Below, one piece after another: positions 28,182-39,673 of a stretch of 64,000 nt of DNA (the first letter of the stretch is position 1; each line of letters starts with the position of its first letter). Both the position numbers and the translations under genes were made by a program. The notes below the pieces were generated by a model that was not told the origin of the DNA, did no database searches, and worked only from the letters and a program-made list of their open reading frames with translations. The stretch spans positions 29,110-93,109 of the forward strand of contig CAZSAT010000001.1 of NCBI GenBank assembly GCA_964604675.1, read 5' to 3'. The stretch comes from an uncultured Enterobacterales bacterium. Lineage in GTDB: Bacteria; Myxococcota_A; UBA796; CAJQPC01.

Positions 28182-28211
28182 AGTATACATGGTGTTCACT
28201 CAGCTAAACAA
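28182..28211 (-). promoter_or_regulatory. sigma-70-like promoter candidate for the subtilase gene
   Basis: The minus strand reads TTGTTT-N18-TATACT (-35 at 28211-28206, -10 at 28187-28182). It lies in one of the few AT-rich stretches of the window, about 25 nt upstream of the GTG start. Confidence 0.35.
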
Positions 28212-28280
28212 GATGTTTATGCGCGCTCCGGGCCGGGGCGCAGAAGCCCCAGCCGTCCGGGATGCGCGGAAACGCGTGCG

Positions 28281-28604
28281 CTACTTGCGGCCGGGCGACT
28301 TGCCCGAGCCTCCGGAGCCACCCGATCCGCCGGAGCTGGCGTTGTCGCCGCCCTTGCGACCGGAGCTGCCGGAGCCACCCGAGCTGTCCGACTTGCGATC
28401 GGGCGTGGTGATCTCGGTGCCGCCCGAGGTGGTGCCCTCGTTGCGGTTCTCGGTGGGATCGGGGGTGTTCGCGTCGTTGGGGCTCTCCTTCTGGACGGGC
28501 TCCTCGACGACTTCCTCGACCTCGTCTTCCTCTTCGCCACCACAGGCCATGCCCATGGCAAAGAAACCGCCGAGCACCAGGCCGAGCAGAGAGATGCGCT
28601 TCAT
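28281..28604 (-). CDS. small low-complexity secreted lipoprotein
   Basis: Canonical lipoprotein signal MKRISLLGLVLGGFFAMGMAC followed by an acidic, G/S-rich disordered sequence. The codon third positions are GC-rich. Confidence 0.65.
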   Translation of the reverse strand: MKRISLLGLVLGGFFAMGMACGGEEEDEVEEVVEEPVQKESPNDANTPDPTENRNEGTTSGGTEITTPDRKSDSSGGSGSSGRKGGDNASSGGSGGSGGSGKSPGRK

Positions 28605-28721
28605 GTGTCCGCCTCCAGAATCCGGGACGGCCGCATTCTACACACGCCGGCGCTTGCGTGGTGGTCGCGGTAGAGCTATCAGGCGCCCCCTTCGGACCCC
28701 CCACCGGAAGAGGGAGGTGTC

Positions 28722-30806
<2,085 letters not shown>

Positions 30807-30816
30807 GGAGAGGACG

Positions 30817-32073
30817 ATGCAGGCGAATGCCATCCTCGAGAGGAGCCCGATGAGGCTCTTCACCGAGTGCCTCCACGGGGGCCTGAAGGTCGGCGAGCTC
30901 GGAGCGGTCGTGGGCCGCGCCGGCGTGGGCAAGAGCGCCATGCTCGTGCACATCGCGCTCGACCGGATCCTCAACGACAAGAAGGTCGTGCACGTGTCGT
31001 TGTCGGCTGGCGCCGACCACGTTCGCACCTTCTACGACGAGATCTTCAGCGGCGTCGTGCGCGCGGCGCGCCAGCAGGGCCGCGAGGCTCTGGCGCTGCA
31101 CGTGGAGCGCAACCGGCTGATCCACAGCTACCTGGGTCGCAGCTTCACCGCCGCCGATCTCGCCAAGGTGCTGGACCTCGACCGCGACGTGATGCACTTC
31201 ACGCCCGACGTGGTGCTGCTCGACGGCGTGCCGGACGATGACGCCCAGACCACCCTGGACGGGCTGGCGGATCTGGCGCGGCAGCACGGCTTCGCGCTGT
31301 GGGTCGCGGGCCGCACGCACCGTGGCGAGGGCGGATCGTTCGCCCTGCAAGAGCACTTCTCGACCGTGGTGTCGCTGAACGCCCAGGACGACGCCATCGA
31401 GGTCAAGGCCTCGAAGGTGCACGGTGCGGTCGGCGACGATCTGGGCCTCCACCTCGATCCGGCCACGATGCTCGTGGTCGGCGAGGACGAGTGGGACCCG
31501 GCGAGCGCGCCCTGGAGCCCTCGTGCCGTGGATTGTGTGCTCTACAGCGGCGGCGCCACCGGGGCCGAGTCGGCCTTCGGCGAAGCCGCCGAGCGTTGGG
31601 GGCTGCGCGAGGTGAACTTCACCTTCGACGGCCACAAGCAGAACCGCTCCACGGGCAGCCACGCACTCAGCGACCAGGAGCTCACCGCCGGCGACGTGTC
31701 GCTGGTGTACGTCTCGCGGCGCCTGAACCGGACCTTCAACCAGGGCAAGATGATCAAGCGGGTGCTGCAGAGCATCTGGCACCAGGTCAGCCGCGCCCAG
31801 CAGGTCTTCGTGGTCGGCACCATCCAGGACGACGACACCGTGACCGGCGGCACCGGCTGGGCCGTCGAGCTCGCGCGCATGTGGCACAAGGACCTCTGGG
31901 TCTTCGACCAGGAGCGCAACGGCTGGTTCCACTGGGAGGGCGATGCTTGGCGATCGGGCACGCCGGTGGTCGAGGCTCCGGACTTCTGCGGAACCGGAAC
32001 CCGCTACCTCCGTGACAGCGCCACGACCGCCATCGAAGCGCTGTTCCAGCGGAGCTTCGGCCGCGACGCCTGA
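30817..32073 (+). CDS. RecA/KaiC-like ATPase fused to a SLOG-like (MoCo-carrier/YpsA/LOG-like) Rossmann domain
   Basis: N-terminal LHGGLKVGELGAVVGRAGVGKSAMLVHIAL (Walker A) and PDVVLLDGV (Walker B). C-terminal YSGGATGAESAFGEAAERWGL and VTGGTGWAVELARMW resemble the GGxxGxD/E and GGTG motifs of SLOG-superfamily domains. It starts 10 nt after the fusA stop, with a GAGGAGAGG RBS. Confidence 0.7.
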   Translation: MQANAILERSPMRLFTECLHGGLKVGELGAVVGRAGVGKSAMLVHIALDRILNDKKVVHVSLSAGADHVRTFYDEIFSGVVRAARQQGREALALHVERNRLIHSYLGRSFTAADLAKVLDLDRDVMHFTPDVVLLDGVPDDDAQTTLDGLADLARQHGFALWVAGRTHRGEGGSFALQEHFSTVVSLNAQDDAIEVKASKVHGAVGDDLGLHLDPATMLVVGEDEWDPASAPWSPRAVDCVLYSGGATGAESAFGEAAERWGLREVNFTFDGHKQNRSTGSHALSDQELTAGDVSLVYVSRRLNRTFNQGKMIKRVLQSIWHQVSRAQQVFVVGTIQDDDTVTGGTGWAVELARMWHKDLWVFDQERNGWFHWEGDAWRSGTPVVEAPDFCGTGTRYLRDSATTAIEALFQRSFGRDA

Positions 32074-32092
32074 GCGACGTTAGCCGGGACGG

Positions 32093-33172
32093 GTGGAAGC
32101 CCTCCCCCGCCCCCTCCTGCAAGCCGACGAGGCGCTGCACGACCTCTTCGTGCGGATCGCCTTCTCGCGGTACCTGAACCCGCTCAACGCCACCGAGGCG
32201 CGGGCCGCGTTCCGCTCGGGCTCGTCGCCGGAGCCGCCGTTCAGGTACCTCCCGGCCACCTGGGCCGACCCCGAGCTGCGCATGCTCGACGCGCTGGCAC
32301 CACCGGATGACCACCCCCTGGGCCGGCTCCTGTGCATGTCGATCGAGCGCGCTCGGTTGGTGATCCACGCGCTGCGCGACCGAAGCCCAGCCGCCTTCGA
32401 CGCCCTCGCGGTCGCGGCGAGCTGGTACCCCACCGAAGCCGAGCTCGAGCTTGCCCGGTCCGAGTCCTACGAGACCGACACGACCGAGTTCCAGCTCGAC
32501 GCCGCGGCGCTCAAGCTCGCGCTGGAGCTGGCCCTGGAAGACCGCGACCTGCACGGGTGGGTGGTGGAGCTCGACGGCGTGATGTCAGCCCGCGTGCTGG
32601 TGGATGGGCCGAAGAAGCTGCTCCGCGTGAACGGACGGGCGCGCTTTCGGGAGCGCGACGTGCGCAAGCTGGTCGCCCACGAGATCGAGGTGCACGCGCT
32701 CCGGTCGGCGGCGGGAAGCCGCCAGCCGTTGCGGCTCTTCGCCACCGGCACCCCGGACTCCCTGACCACCGAGGAAGGCCTCGCGCTGGTGGCCGAGGAG
32801 CGGGCGGGCGTCATCTCGCCGGGCACGGGATGGCGGCAGGGCGTGGTCGTGCGAGCCGTGTCGTGGGCGCGGGAGATGGGCTTCCGTGATCTCTACGAGC
32901 GCATCGCGCGAGAGGCGGGCTACGGGTTGGCGTGGGGCATCGCCCAGCGGCTGAAGCGCGGCCTCGCCGACCCCGGCCTGCCGGGCGTGTACGCCAAGGA
33001 TGTCGTCTACTACCTGGGGCAGCGCAAGGTCCGCGAGTGGCTCGCTGCGGGCCACCCGGTGGCGCACCTCTACGTGGGCAAGGTCGGCGTGGACGACCCG
33101 ATCCAGCAGTGGATGGCCGAGGGCTGGCTCACACCCCAGCCGGTGCCTGCGCTGTTCACGGCGGACGCGTAG
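32093..33172 (+). CDS. DUF1704 / QEGLA-motif (MATCAP-like) putative metallocarboxypeptidase
   Basis: HExxH motif in VAHEIEVHALR, followed by TTEEGLALV (the QEGLA motif position). The length and motif spacing fit the family. The GTG start lies 19 nt after the upstream stop. Confidence 0.82.
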   Translation: MEALPRPLLQADEALHDLFVRIAFSRYLNPLNATEARAAFRSGSSPEPPFRYLPATWADPELRMLDALAPPDDHPLGRLLCMSIERARLVIHALRDRSPAAFDALAVAASWYPTEAELELARSESYETDTTEFQLDAAALKLALELALEDRDLHGWVVELDGVMSARVLVDGPKKLLRVNGRARFRERDVRKLVAHEIEVHALRSAAGSRQPLRLFATGTPDSLTTEEGLALVAEERAGVISPGTGWRQGVVVRAVSWAREMGFRDLYERIAREAGYGLAWGIAQRLKRGLADPGLPGVYAKDVVYYLGQRKVREWLAAGHPVAHLYVGKVGVDDPIQQWMAEGWLTPQPVPALFTADA

Positions 33173-33186
33173 CCACCCGCGAAGCG

Positions 33187-33726
33187 CTACCCGTCGATCT
33201 GGATGAGGTCCTTCATCTGCGGGAACTCTTCGCGCAGCAGCGCTTCCACGCCCATCTTCATCGTCATGATCGAGCTGGGACAGGTCGAGCATGCGCCTTG
33301 CAGCTTCACGTGGATGTCGAAGCCCTCGATCTTCAGGAGCGAGATGTCGCCACCGTCCATCTGGAGGGCCGGCCGCACCATCTCGTCCAGGATCTCCTGG
33401 ACCTCTTCGAAGAGGATCGGCGGTCCCACCGTGTCGTCGGCAGACGCCGCCTCTGGGCCGCCGGACTCGGCCACGGCGGCCTCGGCCTCGGCGGCGGCCT
33501 CGACGGAAGCTTCCGCAGCGGGAGCCTCCTCCACGGCGACCTCCTCGGCAGCGGCCTCCACCGGGGCGGCCTCCACAGGTGCGACGTCCTCGGCGCTCAC
33601 CGGATCCTCGTGGGGCGCAGCGGCCGCCGCATAGACCGGGGCGCTCGGGCTGGCCGGACGAGCGGGAGGCGGCTTCTCGCGACCGAGCACCTTCTTCAGG
33701 CCGCGCTTCAGGGTGGAGCGGATCAT
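33187..33726 (-). CDS. NifU-like (Nfu) Fe-S cluster domain protein with an A/E/V-rich N-terminal region
   Basis: C-terminal VQEILDEMVRPALQMDGGDISLLKIEGFDIHVKLQGACSTCPSSIMTMKMGVE (CxxC). I trimmed the ORF to the ATG at 33726. Confidence 0.85.
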   Translation of the reverse strand: MIRSTLKRGLKKVLGREKPPPARPASPSAPVYAAAAAPHEDPVSAEDVAPVEAAPVEAAAEEVAVEEAPAAEASVEAAAEAEAAVAESGGPEAASADDTVGPPILFEEVQEILDEMVRPALQMDGGDISLLKIEGFDIHVKLQGACSTCPSSIMTMKMGVEALLREEFPQMKDLIQIDG

Positions 33727-33808
33727 GGCGTGACTCCGTAAGACGAGGGAGATCGGCAACATAGCCGCATCCGGGCTCGAGGCGACCCCCTGCCCGCTCC
33801 CGCTGTAG

Positions 33809-34363
33809 TCAGCGCTGCAGCGCGGCCGCCAGCTGGGCCATCGCGTCGCTGCCCGTTCGCATGTGGGCGCGCGGCAGCACCCAGTCCGGCACGTCGCCCT
33901 CGAGCTCCGCCTGCCACGTGAAGTGGACCTCGGTGCCCTCCCCCGCAGGGACGAGCTCCCAGGCCCCCGCATACCGTGGCAGCCACACCGCCCCGGTGTC
34001 GTTCTGGTGCTCCACAGGCTGCCAGTCGACCGCGACGACACCGGCCATCGCCTCGACCTCGAAGCGCGCCGCGTGGGCTCTGGGGGCCAGCGGAAACGGC
34101 ATCTGAAGCGTCATCTGCACGACGTCGTCGTCGAGCACGGTCACCGCTTCGATGCGTTCGAACACCTCGGCGTAGCGCTCGAAATCGGTCAGCTGTTCGA
34201 CCACGGCGTCCACCGGGGCGTCGACGCGGCCGACCGCTCGGCACCAGGGCTCTCCGGCCGCCCAGGTGCACCCAATCCACACCTCATCGTCGCGAAGGAC
34301 CTGCCAGCCAGAGAGAGCAGGCACGGCCTGGACCGTGCTGACCATGAGCCAAGTTGCAATCAT
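33809..34363 (-). CDS. SRPBCC/START-like domain protein with a signal-like N-terminus
   Basis: About 184 aa. The sequence has a beta-rich pattern with a C-terminal helix (DWVLPRAHMRTGSDAMAQLAAALQR). I trimmed the ORF to the ATG at 34363 (MIATWLMVSTVQA). The fold call is tentative. Confidence 0.6.
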   Translation of the reverse strand: MIATWLMVSTVQAVPALSGWQVLRDDEVWIGCTWAAGEPWCRAVGRVDAPVDAVVEQLTDFERYAEVFERIEAVTVLDDDVVQMTLQMPFPLAPRAHAARFEVEAMAGVVAVDWQPVEHQNDTGAVWLPRYAGAWELVPAGEGTEVHFTWQAELEGDVPDWVLPRAHMRTGSDAMAQLAAALQR

Positions 34364-34453
34364 CGATGCCCGTCGTCCCGAAGCCGGAAGCCACCTTAGA
34401 CGTCGCACGAGGGGGTTGTCAGAGGCCGGGCCCGGCTGCTACAAAGCCGGCCC

Positions 34454-34858
34454 ATGCCCGAGTTGCCACACATCCGTGTCGTCACGGCCGAGATCGAGCG
34501 GGACGGTCACTACCTCATCACCCAGCGCCCCCCCAGGGCGGTGCTGCCGCTCCTCTGGGAGTTCCCGGGCGGCAAGGTGGAGGCCGGCGAGAACGATCGG
34601 GAAGCCCTCCAGCGCGAGCTGCAGGAACGCTTCGGGCTGAGCGGCACGATCGGCGCCCTGCGGCAGGAGATCCACCACACCTACGAGCGCTACACCCTCG
34701 ACATGCTGGTGTACCGGGTGGAGCTGCACGAAGGCGAGATCCCCCACCGCGGCAAGGTGCACGACCACCGCTGGGTCGCACCGGAGCAGTTCGGCGACTA
34801 CCGCTTCCCCGGCGCCGACCAGCAGACCGTCGACACCCTGCTCGGCCAGAGCGCGTGA
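34454..34858 (+). CDS. mutT: Nudix hydrolase, MutT-like (8-oxo-dGTP diphosphatase type)
   Basis: Nudix box GGKVEAGENDREALQRELQERFGL. It is 134 aa. Confidence 0.85.
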   Translation: MPELPHIRVVTAEIERDGHYLITQRPPRAVLPLLWEFPGGKVEAGENDREALQRELQERFGLSGTIGALRQEIHHTYERYTLDMLVYRVELHEGEIPHRGKVHDHRWVAPEQFGDYRFPGADQQTVDTLLGQSA

Positions 34859-35532
34859 TCTGGCTGGCCTGCGTCGGTGCTCCGGGCACCCCGCCGGCCG
34901 ACACCGAGGCGCCCGCCGTGGAGCGTGGCGCCGAACAGTTCGCGCTGCCTCTCGCAGAGCCCGAGCAGCTCGACACGCTCGTGGGGTTCGACCACGACCC
35001 GGCCGTGCACGAGGGCGCGGAGCAGCTGATCTGCCTGGACTACCTCGAGCGCCCGTGGCCCCATTGCTACGACGAGCACGACGGCAGCGACTACCTGCTC
35101 ACCGGCTCCTGGGACGCCATGGACGCTGGCAGCGTCGAGGTCCTCGCCGCCGCCGACGGTGTGGTCGTGAGCATCGAGGACGGTCACTACGACCGCTGCC
35201 ATGGCGACCCGGTGACCCTCGAGGTGAGCTGTGACGGGCACTCCGGCATCGCGAACCATGTGATCCTCGAGCACCAGAGCGGCACCCGAAGCCTCTACTG
35301 GCACCTGATGAAGGACTCGGTGGCGGTGGCCGTCGGCGACACGGTCTCGTGCGGACGGGTGTTGGGCAAGGTCGGGTCGAGCGGCAACTCCAGCCAGCCT
35401 CACCTGCACTTCGAGGTGCAGACCGCCGATCAGGAAGCCTTCGATCCCTACGCAGGCCCCCTGTCCCAGGAGGCCACGTGGTGGCGGGAACAGGGCCAGG
35501 AAGACGCGCTCCCCGACGGCGGCTGTCCCTGA
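34855..35532 (+). CDS. M23 (LytM-type) metallopeptidase lipoprotein
   Basis: The GTG start overlaps the mutT stop (GTGA at 34855-34858). Leader (M)IWLAC. HVILEHQSGTRSLYWHL and GKVGSSGNSSQPHLHFEV. Confidence 0.85.
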   Translation: MIWLACVGAPGTPPADTEAPAVERGAEQFALPLAEPEQLDTLVGFDHDPAVHEGAEQLICLDYLERPWPHCYDEHDGSDYLLTGSWDAMDAGSVEVLAAADGVVVSIEDGHYDRCHGDPVTLEVSCDGHSGIANHVILEHQSGTRSLYWHLMKDSVAVAVGDTVSCGRVLGKVGSSGNSSQPHLHFEVQTADQEAFDPYAGPLSQEATWWREQGQEDALPDGGCP

Positions 35533-35550
35533 TCCTCAACCCCTCCGGAG

Positions 35551-35907
35551 ATGATCCGTTGGGACAGGTGGCTGCGACTCGGGCGAGGAGACATCACCGT
35601 GCACTCCACGAAGGATCCCTACCTCGAGCTGCTGCGTGCGTTCGCCGATTGGGCCGACGAGCAGGTCGACGTGGTCCGAGACGATGCGGCCGTGCGCGAC
35701 CTGGACGGCGTGGCCGAAGGCGCGCGCGTGCTCGCCGTCACCGCCGAGCGCCTGGAGATGGGTCCGCTTGCCGAGCGGGCTCGCGCCTTGCAGCTGCGAG
35801 CGACCTCACAACGGGCCTTTGAGCTGGACGGAGCGTGTTCTATGCTCCAGGACGAGTTGACACACTTGCGCGTCCTGCTCGATCACCTGGGGTCCGCCGC
35901 CGCATGA
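35551..35907 (+). CDS. hypothetical helical protein
   Basis: 118-aa ORF with GC3 lower than its neighbours. A GTG at 35599 preceded by GAGGAG is an alternative start. The sequence looks like a four-helix (Hpt-like) protein, but no conserved His motif is recognisable. Confidence 0.45.
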   Translation: MIRWDRWLRLGRGDITVHSTKDPYLELLRAFADWADEQVDVVRDDAAVRDLDGVAEGARVLAVTAERLEMGPLAERARALQLRATSQRAFELDGACSMLQDELTHLRVLLDHLGSAAA

Positions 35908-35944
35908 AGCGGGGCGCCTGCCGGGAGCCCGTCTGAACCTTCCC

Positions 35945-36880
35945 GTGCTCATCGCCGACGACGACTACGATGCGCGCAGCATCCTGTGCGCGGTGCTGGA
36001 GTCGTGGGGCTACCAGCCGATCGCCGCGCGCGACGGCGACGAGGCCCTGGCACGCCTGCTCGAGCCCAACGGCCCCACGCTGGCCCTGGTGGACTGGATG
36101 ATGCCCGGGCTCGACGGCGTCGACGTGATCCAGAAGCTCAGGGCCCTGCGGCCCGAGCCCTACACCTACGTGATCCTCCTGACCGCTCGCGCCCTCCGGC
36201 GCGATGTGTTGCAGGGGCTCGAAGCCGGTGCCGACGACTACCTGGTCAAGCCCTACGACCAGCTCGAGCTGCGCACGCGGATGCAGGTCGGCGTGCGCGT
36301 CGTGAAGGCCCAGGCCGCGGTCATCGAAGCACGGGAACAGCTCCGTGAGCAGGCGAAGCGCGACCCCCTCACGGGCCTGCACAACCGCACGGCGGTCATG
36401 GAGCGCCTCGAGCTGGAGCTCAACCGCTCGAAGCGCACGGGCTGCCCCGTGTCGGTCCTCCTGATCGACCTCGACCACTTCAAGGCGGTCAACGACCAGC
36501 ACGGCCACCTCGTCGGCGACGAGGTCCTCCGGGGCGTCGCCCAGCGCATGGCCGCCGCCGTGCGCAGCTACGACATGGTCGGTCGCTACGGTGGTGAGGA
36601 GTTCCTCGTCGTGCTCCCCGACACCCCGCTCCTGGACGGTCGGCGCCTGTCCGAGCGCTTGCTCGAGGCCGTGTCGGACCCGACCGCCACAGACGAAGGA
36701 CCGATGAGGCTCTCGGCGAGCATCGGCCTCGCCTCGACCGAGGGCTGGGGCGAGGATCTCTCCCTCGAAGACCTGATCCGGGCGGCCGACGCGGCGATGT
36801 ACCACGCGAAGGACGCCGGGCGCGGGCGGATCGAGGTGAGCCCCACCCCGGACACCCCGAAGGTGGTTCAGCTCAGCTGA
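35945..36880 (+). CDS. response regulator with a GGDEF diguanylate cyclase output domain (PleD/WspR-like)
   Basis: Receiver domain LIADDDYD...LVDWMMPGLDG...KP. GGDEF domain with DPLTGLHNR, LLIDLDHFKAVND, the active site GGEEF and an I-site RSYD five residues upstream. Confidence 0.92.
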   Translation: MLIADDDYDARSILCAVLESWGYQPIAARDGDEALARLLEPNGPTLALVDWMMPGLDGVDVIQKLRALRPEPYTYVILLTARALRRDVLQGLEAGADDYLVKPYDQLELRTRMQVGVRVVKAQAAVIEAREQLREQAKRDPLTGLHNRTAVMERLELELNRSKRTGCPVSVLLIDLDHFKAVNDQHGHLVGDEVLRGVAQRMAAAVRSYDMVGRYGGEEFLVVLPDTPLLDGRRLSERLLEAVSDPTATDEGPMRLSASIGLASTEGWGEDLSLEDLIRAADAAMYHAKDAGRGRIEVSPTPDTPKVVQLS

Positions 36881-37545
36881 ACGGGCACGGTGCCCACCAC
36901 CTGCATGCCCTGGGTGTCGATGGCTGTCCTGAGACCGATCACGCCCACGCCCGCGCTCGCCGCTCGCCGGAGGGCCACCCCGTAGGCCGGGTCGACCGCG
37001 TCGGCCGGGCGGATGCAGTCGGCGTCATCGCGCCCCAGCAAGAAGATCAAGGTGGCGGGTGTCCCGCCCTCGCACAGCGCCCGGAGCTCAGCCAGGTGCT
37101 TTCGGCCGCGCTCGGTGGGTGCATCGGGGAAGGAGGCCACACGGGGCGCCGCGAGCAGGGTCACGCTCTTCACCTCGACAAACCCGTCGCCCACCCGGAA
37201 GTCGAGCCGGCTGTCGCCGACCTTCACCTCGGGCTTGACCTCACCCGCCAGTCCAGGCACCTGCCCCGACCGCAGCGCCTCCTCGACCACGCGGTTCGCA
37301 CGCGCCGTGTTGATCAGGATGGTGGCGTCCCCCACCTCGGCCAGCTCCCAGGACCACAGGAGCTTCCGCTTCGTGCCGGGATGGTGCGACAGCCAGATCC
37401 GACCGCCCTCCTCGAGGCAGCTCGTCATGCGGCCCGGGTTGGCGCAGTGGACCGTCACCTCGGTGCCGTCAACAAAGCGCACGTCGGCGAGGAAGCGCTT
37501 GTAGCGTCGCAGCAGCACCGCCTCGTGCAGGGGTGGAAAGGTCAT
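36868..37545 (-). CDS. sfsA: SfsA family protein (OB fold plus PD-(D/E)xK nuclease-like)
   Basis: LLRRYKRFLADV, VHCANPGRM, SRLDF, EVKSVTL, FPDAPTERGRKHLxEL and CIRPADAVDPAYG. The ATG at 37545 overlaps the upstream stop (ATGA at 37542-37545). Confidence 0.88.
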   Translation of the reverse strand: MTFPPLHEAVLLRRYKRFLADVRFVDGTEVTVHCANPGRMTSCLEEGGRIWLSHHPGTKRKLLWSWELAEVGDATILINTARANRVVEEALRSGQVPGLAGEVKPEVKVGDSRLDFRVGDGFVEVKSVTLLAAPRVASFPDAPTERGRKHLAELRALCEGGTPATLIFLLGRDDADCIRPADAVDPAYGVALRRAASAGVGVIGLRTAIDTQGMQVVGTVPVQLS

Positions 37546-38255
37546 CGGGCACGTCCCAGCATCGTTCGAGCGCCCGAGACCAGGTCCACGTGCCACACCG
37601 AGTCGTGTGTGGCCGTGCGCTGCAGGAAGCCCACCTGCGGTGCACCCCAGGGGCGTCCCAGTCCACCGGCGTTCAGGCAGAGGCACTGCCCGATCTGCTC
37701 CACGCCCCCCGACTCGTGGATGTGACCACACACCAGGAAGCCCGACAGGCGCTCGGCGAGCTCCCGCACCGCGACGCTTCCCACGTGCACGTCCTGGCCC
37801 TTCAACACGTCGAGGGTGCAGTCCGACGGGGGAGCATGGCTCAGCAACACGTCGTGCGGAGGGAGGACACGGCGACGCACCTCGTCCTCGCCCCACTCGT
37901 AGGGGAAGCCGAACCGCGCCGGACCGCCACCGCCCAGCCCCGCCACGGTGAGGCCCGCAAGCACGGCCGAGCGTCCGTCCACGTTTCGCTCCCCGACGAG
38001 GTCCGGGAGATCGTGGTTGCCGGGCACCCAGAGGTAGGGACGACCGCGCGCTTCGACGCGCTCCCAGAGCTCTTCGAGCGAGCGCAGGTAGGCGGCCCTG
38101 CGCGCGAAGTCACGAACCGGAGCGCGCCCCAAGGCCGGATCCCCCAGGTCACCGACGAGCAGCACGCCGTCGGGGTCCTCGGCGTCGATCGCGTCGAGCA
38201 CGGTGGCGAGGTGCGCCCAGTGCGCATGCACGTCGCCGATCACGGCCAGGGTCAC
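37542..38255 (-). CDS. calcineurin-like metallophosphoesterase
   Basis: Motifs VIGDVHAH, LVGDLGD, VPGNHD, LLSHAPP and CGHIHE. The GTG at 38255 overlaps the upstream stop (GTGA at 38252-38255). Confidence 0.85.
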   Translation of the reverse strand: MTLAVIGDVHAHWAHLATVLDAIDAEDPDGVLLVGDLGDPALGRAPVRDFARRAAYLRSLEELWERVEARGRPYLWVPGNHDLPDLVGERNVDGRSAVLAGLTVAGLGGGGPARFGFPYEWGEDEVRRRVLPPHDVLLSHAPPSDCTLDVLKGQDVHVGSVAVRELAERLSGFLVCGHIHESGGVEQIGQCLCLNAGGLGRPWGAPQVGFLQRTATHDSVWHVDLVSGARTMLGRAR

Positions 38256-39673
38256 GCCGGACACAGCTCGTCCATCACGGCCCGCGCGTCGTGGGTGGCC
38301 AGGTCCGGCAGCAACACCTGCGCGCCGGCCACGCGCACCAGCACACGCCCGAGGCCAGCCAACCGAAGCACCGGCCCCTGCACCAGGTGCACGGCCTGGA
38401 GCTTGTCGCGGGGCACGACCCAGGTGTGGCGACGCCAGAAGCCTCGCCGAGCGATCAGCGCGTCGTCGGTGAGCATCCAGCCCTGGTAGCGCCAGTCCAA
38501 CCAGGCCGCGAGCCAGAGCACCGGCAGGAGGCTCAGCACCACGCCTGCCACCACCACACCGCCGGTCAGCGCGACGGCGCTGAACAGCAGGTGGCGCGCG
38601 GTGAGCTGGATCAGGGTCCGCCAGAGCGCACGCCGGTGGGCGGGACGGAGCTCCTGGCTCCACGGGTCGAAGCCCGGATCGGGCACGGCGCGTCTGCTCA
38701 TGGCGAAGAGCCGCGGGCGCTGCACGACCGGTACGGTCAACTCCGGCGCCCTCACGCCGCCCTCCCCGACCTCCCCGATGCCCGCGGTCTCGACCTGCAC
38801 CGTGCCGAAGCCCATGAGCCGTCGCGGCAGGGTCTCCTCGACGTGCACCAGCTGCACCTTGCGGAGAGGGATCTCGACCTTCCGACGGGTGAGCAGACCC
38901 TCTTCGCTGGCGAGCTCCTCACCGCTCTGATGCAGCCGGTAGTCGTGGTGCCGGAGCAGCGTGAGCAGCGCCGAGATGGCGGCCGCCAGCGCCAAGGTCA
39001 TCAGCACCAGGCCGGCGATCTGGGTGCCCTCTGCGCGCAGCGCGGCGCGCTCGGCGGCCATCGGGTCCAGCACGCTCGCCACCTCGTAGGCGCCGGCGAG
39101 CAACAGCCCCGCCATGCCGGCGCGGTGGGACGTCAGCCCGTAGGCGAGCAGCTCCAACGTACCCAGCCGAGCCACGGGCTCCTTCTCGGTGGCGTCGTCG
39201 TCTACCGGCTCGCGCCCGCGGGCGGCGTCGACCCGTGCCATCAGGTCGGCCGCCTGCTGCTCGGACAACGCCGAGAGCAGCCCCTCGGTGCGCAGCGCGC
39301 CGGCGGTCTCGAGCCGCACCTCGACGAGCCCGGCCAGCTTGTGGAACGGGTTCCGGAGCATCTCGGCGTTCTGGATCCGGCTGGCGTCGATGGCGCGGGC
39401 CTCGCGGTTGAGCAGGCCCTGTCGGATCTCGAGCCGGTCCTCGACCACGCGGTAGCGCAGGGTCAGGTAGTGAACGATCGTGGACGCCGCGCCGCTCACC
39501 AGGAAGAAGAGCAGGAACACCGCGTCCTCGGGACGCACTCCCACGCCGCCCCCGCCGACCACGGCCAGCAGCACCAGCGGCCAGAGCGACCACAGCGTGC
39601 GCCAGGTCCGCGGCACCAGGTTCACCCAGAGCGAGGCCGGGTGGAGCCGCTTCCAGGCGACCTCCTCAGACAC
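38252..39673 (-). CDS. YdbT-like membrane protein with three bacterial PH (bPH_2) repeats
   Basis: Three repeats, each a TM hairpin followed by a module ending in I/VPxxKIQ-type motifs (IDASRIQNAEMLRNPFHKLAGLVEVRLETAG, IPLRKVQLVHVEETLPRRLMGFGTVQVETAG, VPRDKLQAVHLVQGPVLRLAGLGRVLVRVAG). Confidence 0.85.
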   Translation of the reverse strand: MSEEVAWKRLHPASLWVNLVPRTWRTLWSLWPLVLLAVVGGGGVGVRPEDAVFLLFFLVSGAASTIVHYLTLRYRVVEDRLEIRQGLLNREARAIDASRIQNAEMLRNPFHKLAGLVEVRLETAGALRTEGLLSALSEQQAADLMARVDAARGREPVDDDATEKEPVARLGTLELLAYGLTSHRAGMAGLLLAGAYEVASVLDPMAAERAALRAEGTQIAGLVLMTLALAAAISALLTLLRHHDYRLHQSGEELASEEGLLTRRKVEIPLRKVQLVHVEETLPRRLMGFGTVQVETAGIGEVGEGGVRAPELTVPVVQRPRLFAMSRRAVPDPGFDPWSQELRPAHRRALWRTLIQLTARHLLFSAVALTGGVVVAGVVLSLLPVLWLAAWLDWRYQGWMLTDDALIARRGFWRRHTWVVPRDKLQAVHLVQGPVLRLAGLGRVLVRVAGAQVLLPDLATHDARAVMDELCPA